Assembly (NCBI RefSeq): GCF_018977255.1
Contig: NW_024704743.1
Span: forward strand, 42,534,001-42,598,000
Length of the DNA stretch: 64,000 nucleotides
Direction of reading: 5' to 3'
Source: Callorhinchus milii
Lineage: Eukaryota
Below the pieces are notes generated by a model. The model had not been told where the DNA came from, did no database searches, and saw only the letters and a program-made list of their open reading frames with translations. Of the stretch, positions 38,026-53,000 are shown piece by piece. Made by a program: the position numbers and the translations under genes. The first letter of the stretch is position 1. Each line of letters begins with the position of its first letter.

Positions 38026-41000
38026 GAGAGTGGAAGGGGGGAACTGAAATATCTTCAGAGATTTTCTTGCCAAACTGAGACTAACCAAAGTCTCACCAAG
38101 AGAGTTTGTGTGAGATCTGAGACATCAAATTTGCTACAAAAAGTGATTGATAGAGAGACGGGGCCAGACAAGACAACTCAAACCATGATATGAACCCTTA
38201 GACAAGTTAGATGGACGTCAAGTATTCATCACTTGAGATCCTCAGCTGCTCTGGATGGAGTGTCAACATTGTGCCCTGGTGAGATGTCCTAGTTAGCAGG
38301 AGGAGGGACAACCACATACACCACAAGGCTAACTCATCAACCTTCTCCTCAACAAGAATGGCAAACAAGCAGAGAGGACGGAAGCTATCTGTAAATGAAC
38401 TGCTCGACAGGCATCTCACTCAGAGATTCAAATAGGATCCGCGCAGAAACATAGCACATTTTCATCACAGAATCAGCCATTTTCCGCTCAGAGAGAGACT
38501 ATTCGGCACATCTCACCTCTTATAAAAAGAGCATATAATAACTAAGTCACCTCACTGCCACAGACACAATTCAGCTCAATGGCCCCTTTCTATACTACAG
38601 ATTTCTATGTTTTACAGAGCACTAGAAGTCTCCATCCTTCGCACTGTACTTTAAAATGTGGTTCTGTCTGCAGGGGTAAAAACTGTTTACATCTGTATTT
38701 CGAGCTGCAATGCTCAGTTGTTCAGTTCATACACTGGAGTAGTAATACGATCACAATGTGGGCACTAAATCCCTCAGGATGGTCTGTTTATTCACTACTC
38801 ACCAGGCAGAGACCTAACAAAGCGGGGCATGAAGTGAAATCGTGGGCAGGATGGAGTGCCATCTTCAAAGCGAGGACCTAGGGAACCAGCAAAACATATT
38901 TGATAAGAAACATACTAAAGCTGCCTTTACTTATCCTGAATACATTTCAAAGCTAACTTAAACAAAATATATAAGTATCATTATTATATAGACGTATCAT
39001 TTCCTCTCCTTGAAAGCCACCAGGGTCAAGCAGCCTGAGCAGGCTGATAGAAGGCCTGTGACCGCAAAGTAGCTCCAATGAGCTGTTTACACATGGTCTT
39101 AGGATGTCTTCGGGCTGTGAAAGGTGCTATACAAATGTAATTTTGTATTGTATTTTACTCAGTAAGGAAGAGGGAGCTGAAGTACCATACTCAATGTTCA
39201 ACGCTACGCTCTGCCAGTCTAGAAAGGAATCCTGGATTGGGTTAAAACCCAGAGTTCATACCCGGGTCTCCATTTTCTGGCAAAGCAGTAATACATAAAG
39301 TTGGCAATTTTAGTTTTCTACTGGAAACTAATTGGGTGCAAAATCAAGACATGTATTTAAGTGTACTACTTCAGAGTAAAATCATACTGCACTTTTATCA
39401 AATGAGATGCAGCATTTTACAAAAGAAGCCCAGACTTTAATGGATCCGCTGTCTTCAGCCCTCAATACAAGCAGCTCAGCTTCAAAAGATGCATAGCAAA
39501 AACTAGTTGCTCACCGATCTGATTTTTTCACGAACAAGCTAAGTAATCGTTTCATTAAACACATTATAAGTGGTTTGCACTCTTTGCAGAGTGGTTAATA
39601 AATGTTTAATTCACTAACATTTAGCCTGTGTTTTTTGTAAACCTCAGTTCATTAGCGCTGTACTGCTAACCTTACTTCATTTCATACATATTTCTAAAAG
39701 GATCTTTATGATTTTGCTGAAGATGGCCAACAATTGCAAATTTAACATTTGAACCTTGAACAAAACACAAGTGGACCTGACAAACCACATGTTCCCAGCA
39801 ATGCCCACAGCTCTGTCTTTTTGGTCAACTGGGTGTCTGACACGTGCGGAAACCCATCACCATGCTTAAGACTATCCAAGGGGGTGATACCAAAACCTCA
39901 AAGATCTGTTTCAGAATATATGCTTGTGTAAAACAAGTTGAGTCGGGAGGGTGGGGGCTGAGTATTGTAGTGAGGGGCACATAGAGATTATTCCTGCTGG
40001 TAGTCCAAGGGTTAATATTAAAGACATTTGAATCAGATATGAACTAAAATGGGTTTTAACAGGTAAAAAGTGGCTTCCCATCTACTCCATTTGCTCAGCT
40101 GTAAATGTAAAATAAATGCTCTGCATTACCAAGAATGTTCCAATCATACAGCTCCAACAAGTCCCTGAACAAGAATGAAGAGAACAGCTCCAGTCCCTTA
40201 ACACAGAAGTTCTGAAAGGAAAAGAGAAGCAAGTACAGAAGCAGCTTTGAAATGGTGGCAGCAAAAAAATTCAGAAAAATAAAAAAAACATGTAGTCTTC
40301 ATAAAACTCATTCTGAAACAATGCCGTAAGTGTGACACGTAATGTTTTTCACTTAGATCTCAACAAACCGAGATCACCATTCTGTAAAGCTTAGAAAATG
40401 AAGACAATTTTACAGTGAAGAGATTTGCACCGTAACCCTTTTAATGAGCTCTTTAGACACAGCAACCTGTCCTTACATTTTTCCAGCAGATGATGTTCTC
40501 CACTTAAATGTAAAGAATTCAAAGAATATTAGTCCTTACCTCTGGCATCATTTCCTCTATGAAATGAATGGTGTAGTCAATGTTGAAGCGTATCACTTTG
40601 CATAAAGGAATCTGCACAATCAAACAAGACTTTCAGCATCATGTGCAGCTTATCAATCCTATGAAAGTTGTATTTTGTTTGCTATCAATCTATTTGTCTT
40701 GGTTGCTATCTTCTAACTTACCCAATGGATATACAGCAGATCTTCAAATATTTAGCCCATCCTACCTGCCCTCAAATACAAAAACAAACATTACATTTTC
40801 TATTTGTTTTTTTGGTCAGCCAGGTGTCTGATACGTGCTGAAACCCATCACCATTCTTAAGAATATCCAAACCAAACTAAGAATTTCTTGTATCCCATCT
40901 ATATATGGAAACCCCATAGATTTTTTTTACATCTCTAAATCAACTAACCTGTTCTAAATTTTGCACTAACTAAAATTCAACACGGTGCATATTTTACTGA

Positions 41001-44000
41001 GATATGCACTAACAGTAAAACAAGACAAGTCGTTGAAAGAATGCACTGTGGCGTTCAGCAGTTCGGAAGAATTCCTCACTCTTAAACAGCTAACGCAACA
41101 TCTGGATCAATATAACATCAGAATATTCACAGAAATAATAAAGGTTTTAATCAATGCCTTATCAGCATGGTTTGAAGTCTGCATATATTGTGCATGTACA
41201 AACTTCAGCCATCCATATAAAATTCTTGTGTTAAAATATAAAATAAAATTTGCGATATGAGGGTAAAACATTTTCTGAAAAAACAAAATTACAAACCGTA
41301 AACAACTTGTTATTTTAAACAGAAATCAATGAATAATGTTTCCCAACAAGTTCTAGTAGCAGTGTACTTGCATATTCAGTCCACTGTAGGGCAGCTGTAC
41401 CGCAGCACCAGGTAAATGCACTGCCAGCACTGAGCACATTCAATGTTATAGTGTCATGGATCACAACGTATGGAAAGGAGAAAGTCACTGAATAGAATTT
41501 GAAACCAACTAATATTTTTCATGATTTACATATCGGAGGCATCAGTTTTGCAATCCAACCTCTGAGTTATAAGTTTGATTTGAAGGCAGCAAGAAATGGG
41601 GTTTAATTTTTTTTAAGAAAAAGTAGTTTTTCACTAGCAATGGTGAGAAAGACACCAATGATGCAGGCACTGGTTTTCTCTGATTCAAAATGAAAACATT
41701 GCACTAGAGAGTGCACATATGTCCACAGTGATGGAATTTTATTTTCAATTTTACTTGTACTTCAACAGTGGCATAAATCTTTCTTTTTGATCGGGTATCT
41801 GATATATGTGGAAACCCATTGTCATAATTAAGAATATTCAGGCTAAGAATTCCACATTTATATGCAACCCAAGGAAGGAACTGTCTGACAAGTTTTCCCG
41901 CTGCTTGTCCAGCTAGGACCACCCTACCCATTAGAGCTTTGGCTTGCAAAGTTAACATGAGTTGAGTGGAAAAATCCCTGCCCCCAGTAACTGGTTTGTC
42001 CTTCTAAGTCCTGGTGAAGAGCCAGGTTGGCTAGTGTGTTGTTAGCTGTGGACCCACCTGGTTTAGAAACCAGACTACTGGAACCACCATAGAGGTTTGG
42101 CATGATCTGACATTCTGTTGCCAAGTATGTTACCTTGGAGAATGAGACCAATTCCATGAATAAAGTGAATTAAACAAATTTTTAGGACACAAAATAAGCT
42201 ATATGCCATAAATAAGTGAATGCATTTAATCATTTGAGATATATATATATATATATGTGGAACGCTCAGTCTGATTTGGATACCCTTAAAACCATGGTAA
42301 TGGATTTCTGTGTGTGTCAGACAACCGCTGACCAAAAAAGTTGCTATTGAAAAGAAAGCATGTGAATTCAGAGCAACTTGGCAGTACTTTAAACATGGAG
42401 GTAATGCATAATGGCAATACTCACGTTATTAAGAGACGTGTGGGAAAACAGAGAAAACCCTTCGAAGATGTATTCATGGTCATCATACTCTATCACAGTT
42501 GGTCTGTCAGTCTAAAAAAAATTGTAGGGTTCAATGTAACTGTTAGATAAAAGCGATACAAGAGAAAACATTGGAAAAGATCTGTACAAGCACTCACCAA
42601 AAAGTTAGTAGGTGGAGATACAGTAATTCTGTAGTGGAACAGTCGACCTGCATTGTTGGTTATTGGGCGACAAGCTACATGGACCTGGTATAAAGTGAAA
42701 CATATCATTGGTGTTATCATCACAATAGTTTTTCCAGGTTCTCAATATGACCATGAAAAATAAGGTAGACAACAGCATAACTACTGGCAAAATCACCCCA
42801 AATCTTTAATCATAGCAACATACACTGAGTTACCAGGAGTAAAGATTGTTTGTGAATGGGGGGCTGTATTCTGCTCTTTTATGCTATTTATGCACTTTTT
42901 CAACCTCATTATCACTCTTGTTTTGTGTTTTAAATGCAACTGAGTCTTGTCTAGGGCTGGGAATTCAGTGTCAAGTGGGTGCACCGTGCATCGGATCACA
43001 AGTAAATCTGTTTGGCTTGAAAGGTTCCTGATCAGTACTGTGATCTCAGTTAAACTGATTGTTCTCCAGGAAGATGCCAGAATAAGGCACTATAAACATT
43101 AATTTCTGGCTGGAGTGAGCATTGGTGTACAGAGTAGCAACTCACTGGGCGAATTTAACCAATGTTCTACCAATCTATGCACTAATGATGAGCCAAGTGA
43201 AAACTAGGGACATTTAGAAGACAGACCTCAAACACCTTATTGTTCAAGTTAAAGTGTTTCAAATGAGTGCTACGCAGACTGCAAGAATGTTGTGGACAGA
43301 AAATCACCATAGACGAATAAAGGTTTGGAACAAGGAAGCAAGGGCCTTTGGAATTGTTTCATCAATACTTTGCAGTGCTACGATCAAGCAAATCATGCAA
43401 CTATGAAGCCTTAAGAGAAGAAATAATCAGGGACCAGATTATGATTGGAATAAAAGATAAACTACACCGGAGAGGTTAACACTGCATACAGCCTTACAGA
43501 TAAGTATGGAAGAAATGTCAAGAATGCATATGAGAGAAATTGAGCAAGATACAGAAAGAAATATAGAAATAGATGAATTGTCTCCAGGAAGACGCTGGAA
43601 TGACTCGGATGAGGAATACATCTCGCCTTCAAGATACACTTTGCAAAAGATACACTTCCAAATGTTAAAAAGTATTTAAAAGTTTTCAAAACTGGCAATA
43701 AAAACAATATAATTTTTATAAAGCAATACATTACCAGAGAGACATGCAAACATATCTATCACTTCACTTTCGTTTACACAGTAATACTTTATCCAGTTGC
43801 TGTTATTCATCTGATAATGAGTTTCCAGTTTCAGGCAAATAATGGCCAAATTCATGAGTTCTGGAAGATTATAACTTCACTTATTCACTCTTGGATGCAT
43901 AAAAAAAATTTCAAACAGGTCTTCCAGCAAATACTTATACAATAACAATTTGTACTTGCAGTTCTTTTCACACTGGAAACTGTCTCAACGTGCTTTACAG

Positions 44001-47000
44001 GGAGGGAGTGGGAACCTGACCTGAGATGAGGTGGTTAAGAAATGGGTCTATAAGAATTTATTTGCAGAACTAATGAATTTCGGTTTTGAAAACTGAGGGA
44101 AGGAGCAAGGTGGAGGGATTTCAGAAACTTTCAGAGAATGGGGTAAAAGTAGCTAAAGCTTACCCATCGACCAAAGAAGGTGTAGGACATGAAGCAGACC
44201 TTAGTTGGGGATATTAGAGTAGTTGGGTGAGCGAGGAGGGTTGCAGAAAATGACGCAGAGGGTGAGACAAAGTTGTGGATGCATTTGATGGGAAAGACGA
44301 GAATTTTAAAGCCAATCGCTGGAGTAAAGGGAGCCAGTGGACCCAGATGAGTAAGGGTGATGGGCTCACAGATCTTAGTGCAGGAAAGAATTTTGGTTGC
44401 GGTAATCAAGTGATCTGGTGCTTGTGGAAGATACGGTGGAGCTTCAGAGGCCAGTGAGCAGGGCAGCGGGTCAAACAACACACCAGGATTCCATACCAGA
44501 GAACAGATCTTCAGAAATTCAGTGATCAGATGGCTTTTAAGCTTTGTTAAACGTAGGAATGAGTTATCATGCCTCACCTCTTCGCCAGGGTAGATGCTAT
44601 GTCTTATTCCAGTTCGTTTGGCCTTTGCGCTGCACTTACACAGTGGTCCATCGTTCATCTGTTTTTTAAAAAAAATAAACTGATGAATAAAGCCAAGGAA
44701 ATTCTAACCAAATAATTCAATGCGTGAATATTGCTCGATGGAAAGCAAAATGAGGATTTTAAAGCCAATCATTATGGTGGCTGAGCCACTCCAGTCATCC
44801 AGTTGCAGGCCAAATGTCCAAAAATGTTATGAATTAGAATATAGAAAGGGCATATGTATTTGACTGCACGTCAGGAAGATGCCTGACTGCTTCACAGTCA
44901 AATCTATTATTAAGCACCTACTGTAAGGCCTAGTGACTATTTTGTTGACAAATATGGCAGCCAATCTGCACACAACAATATCCCACAAACAGTAATGGAG
45001 TGAGTGACGATTGCTGGCCAGGACACTTGGAGAAACTCCCTTCTCTTTTCAAAGAGTGCCATGGGATCTTCAACATCCACCTAAACAAACAGGTGTGGCT
45101 TTGGTTTAACATCTCATCTAAAGGAAGGCACCGCCAACATTGGAGCACTCGCATAGTATTCTGTTGGAGTGTCACCCTGCACTGAGAGATCAAAATACCC
45201 ACAACCTTCTGACTCTGAGCTGAGGTGCTGAGCCAGTCTGGCACTTGGCTACCAGTGTTATTCATGGGACGATGCTGGCATAGATCAGATGCTGTATTTC
45301 TTTACATAGCAACATTCACTTAGTTTCTAATCCATTACATTCTGTAAAGCTCTTTGAGAAGGTTTTTTTTACATGAAAGGCACTATATCAATGCATGTTA
45401 CTATAATTTGGCACGCAGAAGGGTTTCAGGCATTTTACTGACTTAGGGAATTATTGATGTTGAGTTATACAATTGACAACAAATGAAAAGAACAGAATAA
45501 CCTGTAATCCTTTCCAATGCTTGTTCATAAATTAAGTTTGTGCTGATACCTCACCTTCCAGTAAAGTAAACCTTAGTGAACGTGAGTTCTGGACAGTCAC
45601 TTCCCTGGTCAACACAGCACTTCACTAAGATTGAAAATTAAGATATTCTCTTTGCAAGATATGACTTTGGGATATTTTTTAAATCAAGTAAGACTTTGAA
45701 ATTTAAAAATGTTTTCGACACAGGGAGAGTTCTTAAGAGTAGAGCTAATGGAACACAGATTTATCGATTTTTATAGAAGATCACGCATTTCAGAACTATT
45801 CGTTGTAATTGCTACTAAACACGTCACAGCATTCTCAAACCTGGCCGGGATCATTGTACCACAGTTCCTCATGCAGCCGATCCGGGTGAGCCTTTCTACG
45901 CTTGATTTCCTCAATGACGTCGATAAGTTCAGAGTCTGAGCTGCACGTGCTACTGTCATCACTCTCCTCATCTGATTCACAGTCCGACTCACTGGAGCTG
46001 ACATCTGAATAGAAAAAAATCGCCTTTAAATTTCACTTGGGCTTTTGCTTTTCTTACCCCCTCTCATCCCTACAGGAAGATCTCTTGGATATGGTATTTA
46101 AAAATTGGGTTATTTTATCAAAAAGGAGAAAAGCTAAGCGATTCAAGTCTTTCATTTCTGATCCCACGTATGGTGGTACTTAACTGACTGATCTACACAG
46201 GAAGATACAAGTCTGCTATCACTCTACTGGTGCACACACACTGCTCATGTTTCATTCCCCAACTTGCTGCACATCACATTTCAGGCACATTTGAGACTCT
46301 GAGGTTCTCGGACACCATCAAGCACGTCATATTTTTTTTTAAACCTTTAAAACCCATTCAAAGTTTAGGCTGGTGTATTTTGACCAGGTCAAACACGCAG
46401 CACCTATGATTTATTTTTAATCCGTAATACTCATACCGATTTCTTCATCCAATTTGGTCTTCGGAGGGTCCCACGGTGGTCTAGCTGCTTTGGCTTTAGC
46501 TTGTCTCTGGCCAAGTTCCTCTTCAAACTTCTCGTAAAGATTTCGAAGCTTGCTTGTGCCAACGACAGTGGAGTCTCCCTGAGGGATTTTTTTTTGAGGT
46601 TTAAAACAAAATCTTTAGAATAATCCTTAATTGATATTGTCAAAAACAACGCAAAGCGCTTCACAGGATCTATTGTGATGTGTGCCCCAGCAAAGGAGCG
46701 TCAGCCTGGACTGTGAGCTAAAAGTCCCAATATATGTTTCGAAGTAACTATGAGGGAGAACTATTTGCTCCACTGACACAGCACCTACAGGCTCTTGGTA
46801 CAGCACACATTCTCACAATCCTTTGTTTGGGGGAGAGAAAAACTCTTCTGGCAAAACGTTTAACCCATGAGCTCTAACTTTAAAGCTTCAATCTACGACT
46901 GTTTGTGGGACATTGCTGTGCGCAATTGGCTGCCGCGTTCGCCCACAAATATACAGTCAATTCACTTTACAGTGTGTTCTGTGAAGCGCTTTGGGACGTC

Positions 47001-50000
47001 CTCCCGACGTGAAAAGCGCTATATCAAATGCAAGGATTATTATTATTATTACATCCCCTTACAACAATTTACATTTATAAAGCGTCCTTCATGTAGGATA
47101 ATGCGTCAAGAGCACTTTACAATGACAGGATTGAACATTGTGGGGGGGGGGGGGATGTGAGCAGAGGTTGAGGGGTTAGGTTTTTAGGCACAACTTGTTG
47201 TCACTTAGGATGGGGTTTCACAAACTTTCTGGGCTCAGGGCCCCCCATGACATTAGGCATCCCCACTAGGACCACCGGGTGGAGTCCCACTAGTACCACC
47301 GGGCTTCCTGTGGAGCAGCGAGGCATGGCTACCATAGGTGGTGGGGGAAAATATTTTGGGAGGGGCTCATCTCTGATAGGCCAATGGCTTGCTTTCAAGA
47401 CTTTCTGTAGCCTTTGCGCTTCCTGCCACCGCCATGTATCTCCCAGCTCGGTGGAGACCTCCTGAAATCATCTGGCGGACCCCAGCTTGGGAACCAATGA
47501 CTTAGGAGGCAGGAAATGCACAGTAAACCTTAGTTAACTGAGTGGCGGGGATGAGCAGAAGAGTGGGGTGGGAGAGGAGCAGGGAGATGACGAAGAGTTA
47601 CAGCATGGAAGGATTTACAGGTGAGGGTGAGAATTCTGAAGTCGACCTGATCCTTACCACCTGATCCATAGGATCACTAGAATAGTAATTTTCAGAGTGA
47701 GTACAGCGAATCCACACTGGCTTTGTACTCAGTGCATCTTCATCCTCTTTCTCTTCTTCAACTTTCTCAGGGAGGGAGTTCTCCTCGATCTCTTTGGGTC
47801 GGGTGGCGGGCTGAGATTTCTCCTTGCTTGAGGAGTGACCTTCTCGCCTTCGTTCTTTCTCATCCTCCCAGCGAGGCCTCTTCCTCTCTCTGCTGCTTGA
47901 ACGGCTTCCAAGTTGTAAAAAAGTAAAAATGTAAACATTCTTCAATCGCCTTGCAAATTAAATTATCATAACAATAATCCGTAAATTTGGTGTAGCACCT
48001 TTCATGTCGGGATGACGTCCCAAAGGGCTTCAGAGGTGATATTGTAATGTGTAGTGACTGTGTGTTTTGTGGGCGAGCACAGCAGCAATGTGAGTACAGC
48101 AGCATTATGAGCACAGCAGTGTCCCACAAACTGCGTTGAAGTCAATGAACTAATTTATTTAGGGGATTGTTAATTAGGACACTTTCTGATTAGTACTTTC
48201 AAATGTACTAACCAAAAATTTATATAAACACTTCAAAATATACTACAATTTACAAGTTTTTTTTGTAAAAAAACAAATGTTGTGAAATGATTATACTTGT
48301 AATTGTGTTATTTCATGGTCATTAAGTTTATTACCCATTAAGTTATCCAAACCATTCATTATTATTGTTCGAATTTTGTTTTAATGCATAACTAGAGCTA
48401 TAATGTACATCACCCAGTGTGTAATCTACAAGTCAGAGATGAACACTGGCAAAATTGCAAAACAAAGTGACCAAAATTACATTGTACAACACCGTCATTG
48501 TTGAACAGACCACTTTAAGTTGTAACAATTATAAATTACAATAAAGCTGTCTTTGTATAGGGGGCACATCACAGTGAAGGGGGGAGAAAATCTGCTGACA
48601 CGTGCACACAAAACACAAATATACACAATCTCCTTCAAGCATTTCGCCCACAAAATTTACGTACACTTTACAGTATTTTCTGTGAACCACTTTGAGATGC
48701 CTCGAAGACGTGATAAGGCGCTATATCAAATGCAAGGATTCTTATTATTATCTGTCTCCATAGGACACAATGGAAAAAGAAAAGTTCTTTATTTTGTACC
48801 TGACAGGTTTCAAGGATTAGTCCACTGCTATTTGCTGGAAGTTTAAAAGGAAACAAGGTGGGAACAAAGTTTCTGTCTGTCACCCAAACTAGACAATGCC
48901 ATTCATATATATCTCTGTTGACTGACAAACTCCCCCAGCGAGTCCTTCAGTTCTGACAGCTTGCTGTGCGACTCGCAAGATTCCTAATCAATGCTTTCAG
49001 CATTAAATAGCCATCACTTTCCAATCCCAGGCATCAGATTTCAGAAAATCTCACCTGCGTGTCCTTTTTCGCTCCCTTCTATGTTGCCTGTCATAAGATG
49101 GGGACCTGTAGCTGTCCCGGTGCTTCTGTCGATCCCTGAGGGGAGATACACATCTTGAAATTAACGTTTTTCAAAGTTAAAGAGCAAACACATTGTGAGA
49201 GAGTGGTGCATTTCCCCTGCTATATACTGCGCGGTTATGGGTTTCCCCATGGTCAGACACCTGTCTGACCAAAATAAAATTCTTGCTGCATCTTATAACT
49301 CAGAAGTTGGTTTACAAATCTGAGAAATCATAAATCATAGAAACTGTTAGCTGGTTTCAAATTCTACTCAATTACTTTCTCCTTCCTGTATGTTGTCATG
49401 CTTGACACTTCAACATTGAGTGCTGCTCATTGCTGGCAGTGCATTACCCTACAGTGGACTGAATGTGTAAGTGCACCGGAATTGGAACTCGTTGGGGACA
49501 CAGTATTCATTCGTTTCTGTTTAAAATAAGTTGTTTGCGGTTCGCAATTTTGTTTTTTCAAAAACCGTTACCCTCATATCGCAAAATGTGTCATTTTACA
49601 TTTTAACACAAGAATTTTACATGGGTGACTGAGGTTTGTGCACACACAATATATGCAGACTTCAAACCAAGTTGACAAGGCATTGATTAAAACCTTTATT
49701 ATTTCTGTGAATAATGTGACGTTATATTGATCCAGATGTTGTGTTAGCTGTTCAAGTGAGGAATTCTTCCAAATTGTGCTGAACGCCACAGTGCATTCTT
49801 TCATTGACTTGTCTTGGTTTACTGTTAGTGCAAATCTCAGTAAAAGGATCAGTTTTGAATTTTAGATGGTGGCAAATTTAGAACAGGTTAGTTGATTTAG
49901 AGATGTTTCAAAAAATACATCTATGGAATCTCTATGTGTAGATGGGATACATGGAACTCTGTTTGGATACGCTTAAGCACGGTGATGGGTTTCCGCAATT

Positions 50001-53000
50001 GTCAGACACCCGGTGGACCAAAAAAAAATGAGCCTGAAACAAACGTAGCTGTAGTGACATTTTAATTAATAAATATGACTATTTCAAGACTATTTATTTC
50101 CAACTAATTTCCAACAGTTTCAGAAACCGAGTTAATATTTTTATTGTTTTAACTTGTTGATATTTCATTTTTACTTTACTATATTTAAAACATGATCTCT
50201 TAAACGTATAAATCACAGTATCTGTCAATAATAACCACTAAAGATATTTATTGTTTGGGAAAATAGCCCCAGAAATGATTTTTTGGTTAAATTTAATGTC
50301 TCTAATTTTCTTCCTCCTGGCATATAGCTCTTAGCTCCCAGTCTGACTCCTCTTGCTGCGCTACAAATGCGTCCAATATCCCAGCTAAGGAGCCAGTGTT
50401 CATTTGTGAGCAACGCAGTGAGTGTTGGCAGGTCATCCCAGTCACAATTAAGCCTGACCTCTCCCCCACCCAGGAGTCCCGTAACTCAGTGGTTAGAGCA
50501 CTCACCTTGCAAGCGAGAGACCTGGGTTCAATTCCAGGCAGAACGAAACCTTGGGCAAGTTTCCTTACTCCACACGCCTAATAATAATCCGCCCAAAACA
50601 AAACAATAATAAATTGTTCATTTTCAAACTACGGCTGTTTGTGGGACATTGCTGTGCGCAATTGGCTGCCGCGTTTCGCCCACAATTATACAGTCAATTC
50701 ACTTTACAGTCTATTCTGTGAAGCACTTTGGAATGTCTAGAAGACGTGAAAAGCGCTATATCAAATGCAAGGATTATTATATTATTACCACAAATGGGTC
50801 ACATTCATGATATGCTTTGCAAATCTTAATTCTATGTTTTTTTTCTGCTTGTTGTAGTTCTTTCCAGGAGATTGTGTTTTTTCTAGTTGAACAGATGTTG
50901 AATAGTCTGTGCAGTTTAATACACCAGTTTTTCAGTGGAATCTGCTAACCACTGGCCTGGACTCAACTTGCGCAATTGAAGTTGAAGTAAGGAAGTTGTT
51001 CTGTAGCCAGTGAGCCCTCAAACAGATGCTCACACACACTTCTGCTCGTTGAGAATAAATTTGTCTTTCCCGTCTGTAACTGATACTATATTTATATTTC
51101 TACTCAATATACATATCATGAATAGATTGAGTTTGATCATGCAGAAATCATGGGAACAAGTTAATTATATTAACTGCATCCTTTTAGTAAGAAAAGTTTC
51201 TTTCTCTTGCTGTCATTACAAGCTGCAGCTTTACATTTTGTTTTTAAATTCCCACTCGCATCAGTTTATACACTGCCCACAGAAACCCCTGCCCTATTGC
51301 TGACAGCCACGTATGAGCAACAACATCAGTATGTTACTTCAGGTATTTTTCCACTGTTTACCAAGCAGTAAGTAGGAACCCGGTTGTTGGTTGATTGGCA
51401 GATCGCTTTTCGATGGGGAAATAATCTCTTCCAAAAAAAACAAAATGATAAAATAATAAGAATTTGGTCACTCACTCCACGACTGTCTGTGAGACACTGC
51501 TGTGTGCCATTAGCTGCCAGATTTTGCCACCAAAATACAGTCACTACACTTTACAGTATATTCTGTGAAGCACTTTGAGTCGTCTTGAAGGCGTGATAAC
51601 GCGCGATATCAAATGCAAGGATTATTAACATTATATATGCGCTCTGGCAGCAGAAGGTACTAACGAAGAAGCAGGAAATCCAGCTGATTTTACCATCCAT
51701 GACCCAGGGAAGGCCAGGGCCATTTTTTTTTATTCCCAAGCATCCCTGGGGAGAACTCGCAATCTCAGCAATACACCTCGCGTCTCCAACTGATCGATCG
51801 AGCCTTGGTGGCGTCTCGTGCAAGTTCAATAAAAACAAGAGGAAGGAGCAATATTTACTGCAGTTTAAACATTAAAGTTTATTAAAGTTTATATTTTTAT
51901 TTCGAGTTGCATGAAATGCTTCGTTTACAAATGGACTCCATAACAACGTAGCTCTATCGCCCCTTCCTTGTCTTTTTGATCATGAGCGAGAGTACCAGCC
52001 AACAGCGATCGACCGGTTGGAGACCCCTGCACTGGACCATCGGGGCTGCCTCAGTACCCAAGTGTCAATAGTACTAGACTCTTTCAGTATAACCTACGAA
52101 AAACATTTAAAGCCACATGGATACATTTTCATAAATGAAAAAAGCCTGAAGCTGGGAATCCTCTTGGTCAATAATCACGGAATATGACTATGAGTAGAAT
52201 AATAATAATAATCTTTGCATTTGATAGAGCGTCTTATCACATTGTCAAAGATCTGTGCCAGAGATTTTTAGATATTATTTTTGTAAAAAAGCTATGATAT
52301 TAGCTGCTTAGTCATGAGAATAAACGCTGAGATTAACAGTTATCACATCCTGCCATTCAATTTTGAGAGTTTATTGGTCACTGTCCACCATGATATTCGT
52401 CAAAAAACAAAAGGTTAAGCAATCTCTCATTTATACAATACAATTACTTTCACGTAAGGAGGATATATGTATATAAATAGGCATATCGGGTAGGGCAAAA
52501 CCTTGGGCAAGTTTCCTTACCCCACCCATCTCTGTCTACCTAGCAGTAAGTAGGAACCACTGTACTCTTCTGCAAAGCGCTTTGAGACGTGATATCAAAT
52601 GCAAGGATTACTATTATTATTATTATATTCAAAATAGTCCAAGATAAATAAATCATCTCAGGGAGTAGGTAACACAAAAAAGACCTCACAAGATTCATTC
52701 TCATTACTAATAATGTCACCTCAACTCTAAAACACATTACAGGCTGATCTCACTTTAACATTGAGATCCTTGTTCTTACTTTCAAATACGTTCATACCCT
52801 AGGTCCACCCAACCTCTCTGATTTGATGCACTCCAACTGCTCTGCTTTCTCAGGGCTGCTGCCCCCGGAAAATTGGGAGCCCAAAATAATAAGAATAAAA
52901 ATTCTTCTATTCGATATAGCACCTTTTCCGTCAGGAGGCTGTCTCAAGATGCTTTGCAGCACTCACTGCAAAGCGTAGTGTTTGTAGGCAAGCTATACCC

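Noticed and set aside
40985..41260. Paralogous small protein pair with 49574-49804
   Set aside because: Similarity extends through non-coding flanks and includes frame-disrupting indels, so it is a DNA repeat
47656..47661. Tandem donor cag|GTG|GTAAG (and cagctgcag acceptor at 1527)
   Set aside because: Common in-frame micro-variants; no evidence of use from sequence alone
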